Shown here: piece by piece, positions 51,497 through 64,000 of the stretch
Position numbering within the stretch: position 1 is the stretch's first letter
Layout of the letters: each line of letters opens with the position of its first letter
Origin: Camelus ferus
Lineage: Eukaryota
Length of the DNA stretch: 64,000 nucleotides
Assembly: GCF_009834535.1 (NCBI RefSeq)
Contig: NC_045696.1
Location: forward strand, 79,300,001-79,364,000
Reading direction: 5' to 3'
Position numbers and translations under genes: made by a program
The notes under the pieces: generated by a model
What the model was told of the DNA's origin: nothing
Database searches by the model: none
What the model saw: only the letters and a program-made list of their open reading frames with translations

Positions 51497-51944
51497 TAAA
51501 AGTGAGTCCTTACAACGTTCTACAAGGCCTTTACATGCTCTTACCCTTCTGATAGCTTTCTGAACTTATTTCTGCAAAATTCTCCCCTTTGCTCACAGAG
51601 CTGTAGCCACAATGGCCTCCTTGCAGTTCTAGGAATATGTCATGCACCCTGATGTCAAGGCCTCTGCCTGTGCTGTTCCTTTTACCGATACATTCCCACT
51701 CCCTCTGGGCCTGTAAGACTTATTCGCTCATGTCTTTCAAGTCTATGCTCAAATGCCATTTTATTAGAGAGATCTTCCCTGTGTATGCTATTTAAAATAT
51801 TCCTGCCCCTTTTAAATTAATTTTTCTCCATACTCTCCACTTATCTTGTTCTTTCATTTACTATTTTTCTTTCCTGCACTGAAAAGTGCCATAGTGCCTA
51901 GCACACAGTAGGTGCTCTTAAAAACGTGTTGAATAAATGGTTCT

Positions 51945-52110
51945 TCACAAAAGTCTTATGATAAGTATTAACACTACCAAGGATAGTGAAAACACTGTCA
52001 TTCTCCTTGTACCGATGAAGAAAGGGAGGTACAGAGAGCTTAAGTAAGTTTGTGAAGATCACACCAGTAGTATATTTGTCAGACCTTGGATTTGGTGTGA
52101 CTACAATGCC
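51945..52110 (-). mobile_element. MIR fragment
   Basis: 'gatgaagaaagggaggtacagagagcttaagtaagtttgtgaagatcacac'. Confidence 0.55.
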
Positions 52111-53024
52111 TGTACAACAAAACTTCCCTTAGTATTGTCCCTAATGGCTTAGTATATGAGTACAGCCCAAGGCCAAAGATGAAGATAAAAAAAGAAAAGC
52201 TTATACAGGGTAATGACTTTCACAAAGCTACACAGAGCTGGTTACTGAGACAGCAAAGGCTACCAATCCAGTCTGCAGATACTAACTCTGCATTTTTTTC
52301 AATTGATTCTGTTATTTTGCTAATTCCTCAGAGGTGCCATTGCTTAAAATTATTTCTTCATTCTAAAAAAATTATAATTTTATAGTAGACTCCTGAAAAT
52401 ACAACAGACTCTAAATACAGGTTTATCTCTGGCCCATAGGGGCTCTTTTCGGCCCAGCATATACTCATGATATCCATCAAGTCATAGCAGCTTCCTACTT
52501 GGCACCAATGCATGTCTGCTACTTTATCTTGGCCAAATGGGAGTCACTTTTCCAATCCTTCAAAATGAGTAAATGGGTATGCAGTGTGTTACTGTATTTC
52601 AAAGATGATGCAAAAGTATTTTATAATTTTTCTAGCAGTAATAGACATATTTTCTTGCTTTAAAAATTCTCTACTATCTCCAGGCCTTCTCTAATAATCT
52701 GTATAAATAATTAAATAAAATTTATATGATGTGTGTTTGCCTTTGTTTTGTTGTAAAGATGAAACAGGATAATTCATAAATATACTAAGGGCAGTAGTTG
52801 GCAGAGAGTAAGCACCCTGAACACATGCTTATTATAAAAAATTATTACACATTTGTGTTTTACCTTAGAGTTTGGTGACCAGAACTGACACATCTGAAGT
52901 AGAAAGTAAAGAAGTGATTGTGTAAAACTAAAACTATAGAGTTTACTTAGAAAATGTGTGCTGTGCTGCATATGAACACTTCAAAAAACATCTCTAAGAA
53001 TGAAAGGATGGGCTCTTCAGTGAT

Positions 53025-53355
53025 GCTGTGTCTGCCTGAAATGCTCCACCTGACCCTTTGCCTGGTCACTACCTCTTGTTCATTCTTCAAGACTGTGATT
53101 AAATATCATTCCTCAAGGCAGTGTTCCTTGACCCCCAAGGCCGGATCAGGTACCCTGGTCTACCTCTCGCATATTCTCATTGCAACTGTACTTAGATATC
53201 ATAAAAAATTAATTTCACAAATAATTATCTCCTTGGAAATATCAAAACCTCCATGAGAACAGGTTTCAAGTCTTTGTTTCTTCTTCCATCTCCAGGTTCT
53301 AGCATTATGCCTGCTACCTAGTAGGCAGTCAGTAATACTTGTTTAAAGAATAAAT
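53025..53355 (+). mobile_element. L2 3' fragment
   Basis: 'ttcattcttcaagact..aaatatcattcctc', ends 'gcctgctacctagtaggcagtcagtaatacttgttt..gaataaat'. Confidence 0.65.
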
Positions 53356-53914
53356 TTAACTCTGTTACCCTTGCTAGTAGAGAAAAATGGAAAATCTAAA
53401 GGTCTGGAAGATCCAAAACACATTTGCATAGAAATACAAATAAAACATTTAGTTTCATTGTGTTTCTCCTTAGTGATTTAACTTCCTAATAATGTGTGGT
53501 ATAATGAAAGATATTTTTTTCCTAGAGCTGAAACAGGATTAAAAGATCATCTACTTCTATCCTCTCATTTACCATCTTTTGTCTTTCCTAAGCAAAAAAT
53601 CTGTGATGAAATGAAAGCTGGCTTTGTCTGTTACGGAGGTAGGCTTCTGAGAAGTCTTCATAAGCAGTCTACTATTGCCTGTAAGTGCCTACTGACTAGA
53701 CCGTGCTTTCATGTCACCTTGTACTACGACCATTTAAAATGCAAGAGGGAAAATGTGGCCTTTGGGCCAGTCCCCTGGAGAAGGGGACACCGAAACTTAT
53801 CTTCAAATAAGTTATCACAGACATTTTTCAACATGAAAACATATTTAAAATTTGAGTCTTCAATTTAGCATGCATGCATACTATTTGAGATATTTTATTT
53901 TCAAATAAAGATTT

Positions 53915-54030
53915 CTAGTTACTTATATTCAGAAATTCTGATTTAACAGGTCTGGACTGTGACTCAGAAATTGACCCTTTTTAGAAACACCCCCAAATCC
54001 ACAACCACAGTTTGAAAAAACTCTCCTAGA
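53915..54030. mobile_element. MER5A-like hAT fragment
   Basis: 'cagaaattctgatttaacaggtctgg...accacagtttgaaaaaactctcctag'. Confidence 0.5.
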
Positions 54031-55249
54031 CCATAGAAAGCAAAATACATCTACATGAACATGTCAATATTTCCAGGACTTCTAATTAATCTCTGTCCCA
54101 AGTGCAGGGTCAGCATTTTCTGAGGAAAATTCAAACATCAACTGTACGAGGTTCCTTGTGGGGTACTGACAAAATGCGCACCTTCAGCGTTCCCGTATCT
54201 TCCTGACAGAGCTAATAGCACCACCACCCAACAGGATGCCTGCTGCCAGAAGAGATGTAAGATCGAGGCACAGACTCTTGTGGAAGCAGTCACACGATAA
54301 GCAATGAATGAGATTTCTTTATTCCTTCACATGAATTAATTAGCGTGTAACTAAATGGCCAGAAGAACCAAGTAACGGGCACTAGTTAGTGTGGAACTAA
54401 ATGATCTGAGGAATCAGATAATAGGCAGGTCAGTTTTGCGAGAAAAAAATGTAAAAAGAGGAGAGTCAGGAGCGTGGTCAGGCAAGAAGGCACTCGTAAG
54501 GAAGCAGTTTAGGGGAAACAAGAGATCAGAACATGTGCATTCATGAAGGTAAGTCAGTCCAGAAAGGACTAAAAGAAAGCAACACCAGAGATAAAAAGTT
54601 TGCTATTTCCAAGTTACCTAGAGGGTCTTAATAAAACAAACTTGTTTATCCATCCACTCATCCATTCATCTAGATTCATAGAATCAACAACTATTTAATG
54701 AGTGCCATGGAACTGGGCCTGGAATAGGGCCTTGCTTTGGGGAAAAAAACGGTCAATAAGGCTGAAAGACACGATGGTCCCTGTCCTCACGGAATTTCCA
54801 CGCCAGCCTGGTCTACCTTGGGGACAGAGAAAAAGTGGGTCTCATTACATAAATTACTGTGGCTCAGCAATTCAGAAATTATTTTATTGTAGTGGTTCAA
54901 GAAAAGTTTAGCACATTCAATTCACCGATTGTAATATATATTGTACGGTAACAGAAAAGTTTCAGGTACTTTTGTAAGTATTTTTGTGTGATTGTTTTAA
55001 AGTGTTCTTTAAAAATATCCTTACACTTGCTACTTATTTTAAAAACAACTGGCACCAGATAGAGCCACATACTGGACGGGTCACACAGGCAGGCGATGCA
55101 ACTGTTGGCCTATTCAGGATTCGCACTGACTGGAATCTACCACGGGAGGTAGATTTTCAGTCAGAGTCACAGAGTTTACAGTTGAGAGGAACTTTCAGAA
55201 ACTTACTCTATGCCTCTCTATTCTAGGTTGTGTAACCTGTGGTCTAGAG

Positions 55250-55521
55250 CAGTGTTTTACAAACTGAGACCCATTCATGGATTGTGAAGCCAATTTGGTG
55301 AGAAACCAACTGAAGAAAATATCTCTTCAATTTAGAAGAGAAACAAGCATCTCTCCTTAATAAACTAGAATAGAAAATAAGAGTCCATCATCTGTTACAA
55401 AGGGTATTATTCTGTGAAACTTTTTGTTTTTTCCAGTGTTTAACACACAGTGTATACTGCGTTGCCCTGGAAAGTGTGGTACTTACTATGACTCACTCCC
55501 TAAACATTTTAGGAGCCACTG
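55250..55521 (+). mobile_element. hAT-Charlie MITE (MER112-like)
   Basis: Termini CAGTG...CACTG; internal 'gacccatt..tggattgtgaagccaattt', 'aatagaaaataagagtccatc', 'gtgaaactttttgttt'. Confidence 0.7.
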
Positions 55522-57809
55522 ACGGAGAGCTGTTACGTAGCAAGCTGGTACTGAGACCTCCAGTTTCCAGTCTCTCATGCATTCCCAATATTATCTGGAG
55601 TGATAAACCTTTTTGTGTGAAAATGGAAATGAGAAGCTATCAAGTCAATGTACTTCCCTTAAGAGGTCCCAACAGCTTAAAAATAAAAACTATTGAACTT
55701 TACTCTTTTCCATAAATTTTTCCATCATAAAGCCTAGCAGAAGATAAAATAAACATAACCATTTCAGACAAGATGACATCAAACAAACTCTATTAAGGAC
55801 CAGAGTTCACACTCAGCATCCACTGACTCTAAGGATTGCCAGGGCATCATCGGATCGAACTGTCTCGCTGAAGTTTCTTTTATTAGATGTTTCCTTAATC
55901 AACTTCTCATAACAATGCAGTGCAAGGACGGACTCAGAAGTAGTTAAAAGCCATCTGCTAAGGCCGGAGTCACTTAATAAAAAGTAACTTGTAATGGTTG
56001 CTGGAGGCAAAATCAAATACCAGAAATGAAATCAGGTGTGGGGATCAAAGGCCCAGTTTCACTGCTTCATGTGTCAGGATAAGCGGTCTGAGGCAGTCCC
56101 CTCCTTTCAGTGCATCAGTCTGTCTCAGCTGCTATGGTATCTCCATAAAGATACATGGCAATTATTCACCTTGGAACAGTAGGCAATAAACGAGTACAGA
56201 AGAAGGGAAAAATTAAAAGGCCAACTTATCAAATAATAATCTAAGCCACATTATACTTCGCCCTGATTGCAGCGTTCTCTCTTGGACTTAAGGATACATT
56301 TGGCTCCCAGCAACACTAAAGCTCATTATAATCATCATTAAAATAACTCTTTTCTTAAGCCAGCAGGAGTTGGGTGTCTCACTGAAGCTGTGCGTTCAGC
56401 TCCCAGGAAGAAGGAGAATCAGGCAGCGCAGCAAGTGACCCCTCGGGATGAGCCTGAATGGGCTCTGATGAGCTCCAAAGGGCTGTGATCCCAAGGTCTT
56501 CTGGAGGCAGAGAGCCTGCTGCCTCTTGCTTCCTGCATATCAGCAGTGCTTGGGCTGCTGCAGGAGGGAGACTGCAGCTTAATGAGTCACTTTCTTCCAG
56601 ATTATACTGACGATACTTCCAAATGAAATGCAGGCATTATGTATACAAGGTACTTATTAAACATAAATAAAAATTATCCTATTGACAAGCACTCATGTAT
56701 TTAGGTAAAATTAACATATCTACAAAAATTTGTGACCCATCTTTTCAATAAATGTGAAATATTTTAAATTCAGAAATTTAAAATTTCTATAAACATTAGT
56801 TCCTTTAAGTCCCTTTTCTAAAACTTCAGATTCACTGTCTCTACCAGCTCTTGTATTAGCCAGTTTTAACAAGAAACCAATAAAGTTTTAGACTCACTCA
56901 ACTGTGTTTTGTAAAATAACTCAAAGCTTTTTATATCAATGGTAAAACTGTTTGATGTGTATCTCTGGCTATTGTAAACATGTTAATTTATTAGGCATTT
57001 AAAAAATCCTCCAAATAACTTAAAATACAACTCTCTGCTGTCTTATTTAAATGTCTTTTGTTCAGCAAGAGTTGAAACATTAATGAAATAGAAATAAAGA
57101 AAAAAATAAATCTGGAAACCCATTTTCTTGCATCATGACATAAAAGACAGTGTGAATGAAACAAGGATTTTATTTTTGACTTGGATAAAAAAGAAGGATA
57201 GTTTAAACTATCAACCAATGCAGTGTGTGGAACAGTTTATATATTTTTGACTAATAAACTTTCTATCTGCAAGAACAATGGATGCTACTCATTTAAGTAA
57301 TTTAATTTTCTCAGCAAGGTAGTACCAGGAAGCACAAGAAGACTTTTATATACTGGTCAATGGGCAGAAAATGAAGAGAAAACTGATACCAAGTTTAGGA
57401 AAAAGGCAAAACCTTTCTCTTGACAAAGAACAATGGCTCAGTTAGTCCATTTTGCTACCTTTATCCTGTAATAGTGCAAAACCAGACCCACAAATGTTGG
57501 AGCTCTTCAATAAGTAAGGAGGGTCACAGCAAGAAAATTGTTTATCATTCGCAGAACAAGAAAAAAAGAAGTGGCATGTTTATTTTGCTTATTATTCTCT
57601 TGGTATTGGAACGTAGACTGGGTAAATTTCAAGCAGAAATATTCTATACGATAGTTACGGAATTGGGGATGAACAATGTTCATATCAAGGACGCCAAACA
57701 TGAATATTGTAAGTTCTTTTTGGCAAAACAAATTACAATGCCCAGATTTATACTCAGGAAGTAAAGTGAAAATGGGTTTGAAATAATCATTTTAGGGAAA
57801 GGCCTATAT

Positions 57810-58495
57810 TCATATTTAAAGATGTGAGGAAATATCAAGTCTCCTTGACTCCACCTGCATAGAATCCATCCACTTCTCTCTCTCCCCACTGTCATGCCCT
57901 CTCGGGTGCTATTAAGACCTCCCAACTGGACTTGCCAGGAACTGCCTTCCTTCCATCTGCTCTCCGTGTTGTACTGAAGGGAAGAAAAGGGTAAACTTCA
58001 CCAGCTTCATTCTCATCATGCGGTTCTTCCGAGGGGTCCCTGGCAGTCTAACTTCCTTAACACCTACGCCAAAACTCTTCAGACCTGACCCCTGCTCACT
58101 TCTTTCCTTACGTCTTCTACCAGTTGTTCCACCCTCCCACATTTTTCTCCAGCAATACTAGACTACCTGAATTTTCCCAAAACTATCCTGGGCACACACA
58201 ATTCCCTCAAGTTTTGATGCCCTTCTGCACTCTCTTCTCAGGTGAAATCTAATGTTCTCATGATCCAGTTCACAAGACCACATTCTCCAGAAAGGTACCC
58301 TTCATCCCCTAAAATGGATGGGTTCTCATGACTCTTTGTTCTACCAGCAACCTAACGTACTTCTAATCATTGCAGAACGGTTACCATGCTGTATTATAAG
58401 AACACGTCTACTCTTTGGTCTCCTCCAATCAACTTGCAATCTGCTTGAGGCCAAGAACAGCATCTTTCTGATCACTGTCTCTCCCAGCCTAGGGA
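57810..58495 (+). mobile_element. L2 fragment
   Basis: 'gaatccatccacttctctctccccactgtca', 'cttgaggccaagaacagcatctttctgatcactgtctctcccagcctag'. Confidence 0.6.
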
Positions 58496-58499
58496 TTAA

Positions 58500-58730
58500 C
58501 ATAATAGTCACAATTATGGAATGCAAAAATTATGGAATGTCAAGCACAGTTCTAGCCCTTTATGTGCATTAGCCCAATAAAGCTCACAACAGCCCTTGTG
58601 ATAGACTTATCATTGGCCCTTTTCTGCAGATGTGAAAATCAAGAGCTGGAGAGGTCAACTAGGGTTGTAGCTATCGATGAAAATGAATTTTGAGCACTAT
58701 GTCATTTAACCCCAGAACCCATTTTCTTAA
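58500..58730 (-). mobile_element. MIR fragment
   Basis: 'ctcacaacagcccttgtgatag..tttctgcagatgtgaaaatcaag'. Confidence 0.55.
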
Positions 58731-59199
58731 AGGTCACTGTTTTAAAGTACTTAACAATGAGTTTATAAGTGAGTGAGTGAAAGTTTATATCCCTAGGGTT
58801 ATCAACACTTGCGTTTCTACTTTCAAGACATTCTCAGCTGTGATGATGAAAAATACGAGTGTTTTCAAAACATGTTGTTATAACCAATTATTATTACAAT
58901 CAATGTAATTTGAATCCTAACAAGTTCATATCCTTAAAAGACATTATTTTCTAATAATGTAGAGTTACAAATATAGTCCCATTATTCTTTGACTTCAAAT
59001 ATTTATCCCTCTTTTCCTTAGTTTATTTGTTTCTTCATTTTCTCCTTGACCATCTCTAACTTGGTTGGAGGGAATAAAGTATAAAAAGCGTAACTTTAAG
59101 AACAAAGCTATAAAGTATCATCGAAACATTTCATATCTAACCAGTGCATATGTAACTTGTTTATGGAAAGTAAGCTGAAGAATATAATCCTGCACATAA

Positions 59200-59420
59200 T
59201 AGCTAATGCTGACAGTTAACATCTGTTGAGTACAGATAGGTGTAAGGCACTATTCTAAACACTTGCATATTTATCCCACTTAATTCCCACAAGAATTCTG
59301 TACCGTTATTAATCTGGGCTTAAAGATAAAGAGTATAGAAAGGTCAAATAATTGTCCAAAGTCAGTCATATACTAAGTGGTGAAGTTGACATTTAAAGCC
59401 AGGCAATCTTGCCACAGATT
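59200..59420 (-). mobile_element. MIR fragment
   Basis: 'ttgagtac..aggcactattctaaacactt..cacttaattcccacaag..aaggtcaaataattgtccaaagtca'. Confidence 0.6.
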
Positions 59421-60294
59421 ACCGGATTGTTATAATGTTTAAAGTGGAAGTAATTTATAATTTTCCCCCCCCAAAGGAGAGCAATCATCAGCAGTCTAAG
59501 CACCAAATTTGAAATATAAAGCTAACATTTGTGCCACCTTTCCCCTCCCTTAACTGTTTCACACAGTTTTGTACTAACTCATTAGCACTTAGCAGATAAA
59601 GACAAACATGAAGTTGAGTTTTAAACAAAGAAAACTGAGTTATGAAACCATGTGTCTCTGTAATTTTTAAACCCAAGCAATTGGAATATTTTATTGAGTA
59701 AAGAGAACACTGATAAAGTATTCATTTTCTTATGTTTTGCTTATTTGGGACCTATCTTCTGTTCTTTATTCTGATTCCACATTATCATGAGTTCCCAATG
59801 ATACTGTGACCGTTACTTTTTGGAATGCTTCATTTCAGCCTCCATCTAAATAAATGCAAAGAGAGGATATTCTGATGTCTGCTTAGAATTATGAAAATGC
59901 GATCTTGTTTAAGGTAACAGTTCACTTGGAACCACAGGGTAATTGTATTGCTTGATGAACAGTCTCTCGGAAAGTACATTCGTCTCTCTGTCCTTAGGTC
60001 CATCCCTGTCTCTAACCTGGCTGCTGCTGTGTAGCTGTCTCACTGTCTCTTTCTCCATATCTGTCTCTCTCCTTCTCATTTTTTCTTGCTGTTTTACATT
60101 TCTCTCTACCCTTGCCAGCCTGTTTCGAAGTACTGAAATTAATTTGTTATTTAACATATAGTATATTCTTCATTTCAACTTTAAAAATTGAATTTTAATA
60201 CCTCCAGGTAAAAACAAAATCATTCATTTATTTATAAGGCTACTGTTCAGTCCTTACTTGTAGGGTTGGTGGTATTTGATGATTAGTAATGATA

Positions 60295-60500
60295 ATGCTA
60301 GTAATAATAGCTACTGTTTACAGAGCACTCACTATGGGTTAGGCACCATTTGGTCTAAGCACTTATCATGTATCAGTTCATTTCATATTAATGAGGCCCC
60401 TAGGAATTGAATTCTACTATTATCCTCATTTTACAGTAAGAAACCTAAGGTTCACCCAGGCAGCCTTGCCTAGAGCCCAAATATTAGCCTCTGTGCTAAA
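60295..60500 (-). mobile_element. MIR SINE
   Basis: 'aatagctactgtttacagagcactcactatg..aggcac..tattatcctcattttacag'. Confidence 0.7.
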
Positions 60501-60509
60501 TTCTTAGTG

Positions 60510-60770
60510 GTTAAGAATCTTAAGTGCAGCTAGCTTAATCATAGCTACAAAAACGTAGCTAGCTCAGGCTCTGAAATTCATCAAACATGGGTGTGAATCT
60601 CTCTGTCACCACTTACTAGCTCTGTGTTCTTAGGCAAGCATCTCACCTTCACTACGTTTCAGGTTTCTCATCTAGAAATCCAGGTATAATACCTACCTCG
60701 CTGTAAGAATTAAGAGAACTAAAACTAGAACATCACTATCATATACTACATGCCATAAATTATTATTAAG
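60510..60770 (+). mobile_element. MIR SINE
   Basis: 'gggtgtgaatc..caccacttactagctctgtgttcttaggcaag...caggtttctcatctagaaa'. Confidence 0.65.
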
Positions 60771-61832
60771 CACAGCCACAGAAATGCACACAATACTTCT
60801 AGATCGACATTCAGTTCACTTTTTAACGCTGCCTGAATGCAGGAACCAAATAATACACTGTGGCTCTTAACAAATGTCAGATTAGAAAGTAAAATGACCT
60901 GTATTACTCTGTGCCCTCACAGATTTCCACTGCTCACTCTCTGTGATCAGCCTCGGTCTCAGTGCCACTCCAAACCTAGAACGAGTGCTGTTCCTACCGC
61001 AGGGCAATGTAAAGAGCTGTTCTTCAATATGTTGGGTGACATCCAGTCTCCTTGCCAGTCAGGTTCTTGTCCCTCATCTTACCTCCTTGGGTAGCTGGGC
61101 TCCCATTTTAAGGGGATTCCACCTTGGTAACACACGAGAGCAGCCATCATACTTAGTGGGTACCCCTAAGAACAGGTAAAAGATAAGAATGATAGAGATG
61201 ATGCCACCCCACCGAAGGACAGTTCTCTTCAGCCTCCATTTTTAATTTAACCCTTTGGTTAACTTGAACCTAGAAATATGAAAATAATGAGCCTTGCTGC
61301 CTTCATACATTAGCAAAGAAAACAGACATGGAATAAGTGGCAGCTTTAAGAGTCTGTTTCATTGAGGGACTTCTTTTCTTTATGCTCTATATTTTGACTT
61401 AGGAGATTGCCATTTACCTCTCTGACTTGAAACTCAAGTTACACACTAATTTTTCTCCCCCATCACCAGAAACAAACTAATAAGCCCACTGTTGGTTCTA
61501 AACCAGACAAAATCTGAACTGGGATATCTGTGATATATTATCCTGAATCATTTAAATTTTAAAAAGATGGCCTGAATGAGCTCAACAATACTAGATGCCT
61601 CTCATAAAATCAATACTATTATTCCTCCTACGAATGTTTGCATCTCTTGATTTTGTGTTTTTCCTGTTTCCTCAATTTAGAATACAGCCATCTACCAAAC
61701 TTCTTATCTTTGTAGGTAAATATTGAATAATAAATGTGTATAATAAGTGAGAATCTGAGTTCTAGAGTCTCAAGCTCATAGCCCATGAGAGTGTTTAGTT
61801 TCACTGCCTTAATAATTTAAAAGAGGTCTAGC

Positions 61833-61972
61833 GGGGAGGGTATAGCTCAGTGACGGAGTGCGTGCCTTGCATGCACAAGGTCCCGGGTTCAATCCTCAGT
61901 ACCTCCATTAAAGATAAATAAATAAATAAACCTAATTACCTCCCTCTCCCCACCAAAAATAAAAATAAATAA
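61833..61972 (+). mobile_element. tRNA(Ala)-derived SINE, camelid Vic-1 type
   Basis: 'ggggagggtatagctcagtg' (A box), TGC anticodon-like loop, 'gggttcaatcc' (B box), then (AAAT)n-'cctaattacctccc' body and A-rich tail; degenerate TSD aaaagaggtcta (61819-61830) / agaagatttcta (61975-61986). Confidence 0.85.
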
Positions 61973-64000
61973 GTAGAAGATTTCTAATGGGAGGCTTTTA
62001 GGACGTATGTGCACTCCCAGGTCACCGCAGAAACCACGAGCCTCTGTTTTCCTAAGGGCTACCCAATCTACTCTCTCATGGTACTTAACTGGTTCTTGTT
62101 ACGCTTTTGAATTTGCGAAGTCTGAATTAGATGCCCCTAAAGGTATGTATTACCTCCAAAGTGTCCCAGGGATAAAGGGACTTCATTGTGAAAAGATCCT
62201 CAGTTAACAAAAAATTTACAGATACAATTAAAAATTTAATTATTAAGGTTTCATTAATTTAACAAAAGCCCTGCTATCAGAGACACTGCATTTGTGTGCT
62301 GTGAGGCAGTCTGTGTTGCAGACCTAGATTTACAGACTACTATACATACCTCAAGCTTTAGAAAATTACATTACCTTTAAGCAAGATGACTCACCTTTAA
62401 TAGGTAATAATTGGAAATAATTCAGAAATACTGCTTTTAAAACTTAGTTTAAGGTACTTAAATGCTGAAAAATTAGACTGTGCTAGACAGTCAAGTAAGA
62501 AAGAAATGCATGAATCCTCGGGAATCAATGCAGAGATTTTGTTATTTTTAATGTGAGTAGGAATACAGCTAATAATAGAGCATTAATGAAATGGTAAACC
62601 TGGCAGTAGTGAGATTCCAGAATCTACAAGGTTCCAAAGAAGTCAAGAAGGGCGTGCTGGGCAGCGTGTTGGTACTTTTCTATTTTATGTAAGGCTAATA
62701 CTTTCTACTGTATCTTTTGGTATATTAATTTAAATTTTCTTACAGATTAAATATCAGATTAAAAATATATTCATTCATTAAATATTTGAAAATCCATAAT
62801 TTGTTGTGTCTACTGAATGTCAAATTTAATAAAGACATGTCTATCATCAGTTTGGCATGTTACAAAAGCAAAAGTAACTTTAGATGGACAAATAGTTAAA
62901 ATTCAACATATACGTATTGCATTAGGTATTTATGTCTTTAAAGTCTATCAATGCCTTAGCTTTTAAAATATTATAAAAGTACTAAAAACACAAAGAGTTT
63001 GTAAAATGTAGAATCCACCCTCATGGAAACTACTGTCTACAATCTGATTGATTGTTAGAACACTATGCTTCTAACGCTTCCTATGCTTTTCTAGATATAT
63101 ACACGTCTACCGTGTTATTGGTATACGAGCATATATGAATTAGTTATTAGTCCTTTTAGACAAATACTTAGACTCTCCTAACTGGGGCATACACCCATAG
63201 CTGTGAATTATTTGGTATGCTTCGTGACTTTGACTTGAAGATTTTCTCAGTAACTATATGCCGTACAAATATGTTAAAAAAGAAACAATACTACAACTCA
63301 ACAGAAATCACATTAGACAGAAACCTTGGTTTTAAAACAAAATTAAAATTCCAAATAATGCATTGGTTTAAATATAAAGCCTTCTTTTATTATATGAAGT
63401 GCGTATAGTTTAAAATTAGTGCACTAGACATTATTATCATTGAGATATTTCTGGCATTATCTAGTTGATTTCTGTGAAATACAGTCCAGTGCTCCACGTG
63501 TAAGCATCACCACCTCTGGACTCAGGGGAGGTGGGCCCCTGGGCCCTGTGTTTTACACGGCCTCACTGTAGCCCCCTGGCATTCTGCCCTCCTCAAGTGA
63601 CAAAGAACCTGCAGGGCCAAACGGGTGTGTCCACCTGTAGCTTATGGTACCTTTTCTAGACCGTTCTCCAAGATACCTAAAACTCTGGCATCTCCTGCTC
63701 TAATGCTCCTAAACTTAATCCAGGACCTTGGAGACCTCTTTCCCGCTCCGTCCTCCTGAAGGTAGAATACTCTGCTGATGTGTGTATTTCTAGACCAGAG
63801 GGTTGGTCAAGACAGTGCTTCGGGGGCTGGGAAGTAGTGGTAAAGGACTCAGAAATATGGTTCATGAGAACTGGAGCACAAAATCCCTCGTGCTGTAGCA
63901 CTGAGCAGGGGGTGGAAAAGTGAAGCATCAGGCCACAGGTCTGACACGCAAGTCCAAGAGTTTGAATTCTGAATTCAAACCTGCACCTCTAGGTCATGAT

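Larger units (their letters stand above)
50230..51940 (+). mobile_element. L2 remnant interrupted by two DNA transposons
   Basis: 'tccagactcatttcctaactgcctacc..acat', 'aaaacctgggagtcatt', ends 'gtgcctagcacacagtaggtgctc..gttgaataaatg'. Confidence 0.75.

Noticed and set aside
60295..60770. Oppositely oriented MIR pair as a dsRNA-forming structure
   Set aside because: Copies are too diverged to pair extensively; such pairs are common.
61833..61906. tRNA-Ala gene
   Set aside because: Continues into SINE body and A-rich tail with TSD, and stems are degenerate.
9613..63928. Remaining 60-124 aa ORFs in the track
   Set aside because: Low-complexity F/L/I/K-rich compositions, many non-ATG starts or overlap with repeats; typical chance ORFs in AT-rich mammalian DNA.

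Overview
AT-rich, CpG-depleted mammalian non-coding DNA (intergenic or a large intron). A tRNA-derived Vic-1-type SINE at 61.8 kb, and the absence of Alu, B1/B2 and Bov-A/BovB, point to a camelid genome (inference from recalled repeat consensus). No protein-coding host exon could be recognised; the ORF track contains only retroelement remnants and chance ORFs. The window holds a ~6.6 kb full-length but decayed LINE-1, several older L1/L2/MIR fragments, MaLR/ERVL LTRs and hAT/TcMar MITEs. The most unusual features are: (i) a 1.1 kb env-less ERV 3' fragment that was evidently inserted by L1 machinery (ends 13 nt after its LTR AATAAA, A-rich tail, perfect 17-bp TSD); (ii) a ~45-nt young L1 tail nested in the old L1 3'UTR; (iii) a perfect 26-bp inverted repeat plus a second 14-bp one beside a (TG)n(TA)n microsatellite; (iv) a compact MYB-RFX-MYB-FOX-NF-kB motif cluster followed by a splice donor. 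I cannot support a claim of a wholly new biological system here. Repeat subfamily names and most boundaries are approximate, from recalled consensus rather than alignment.
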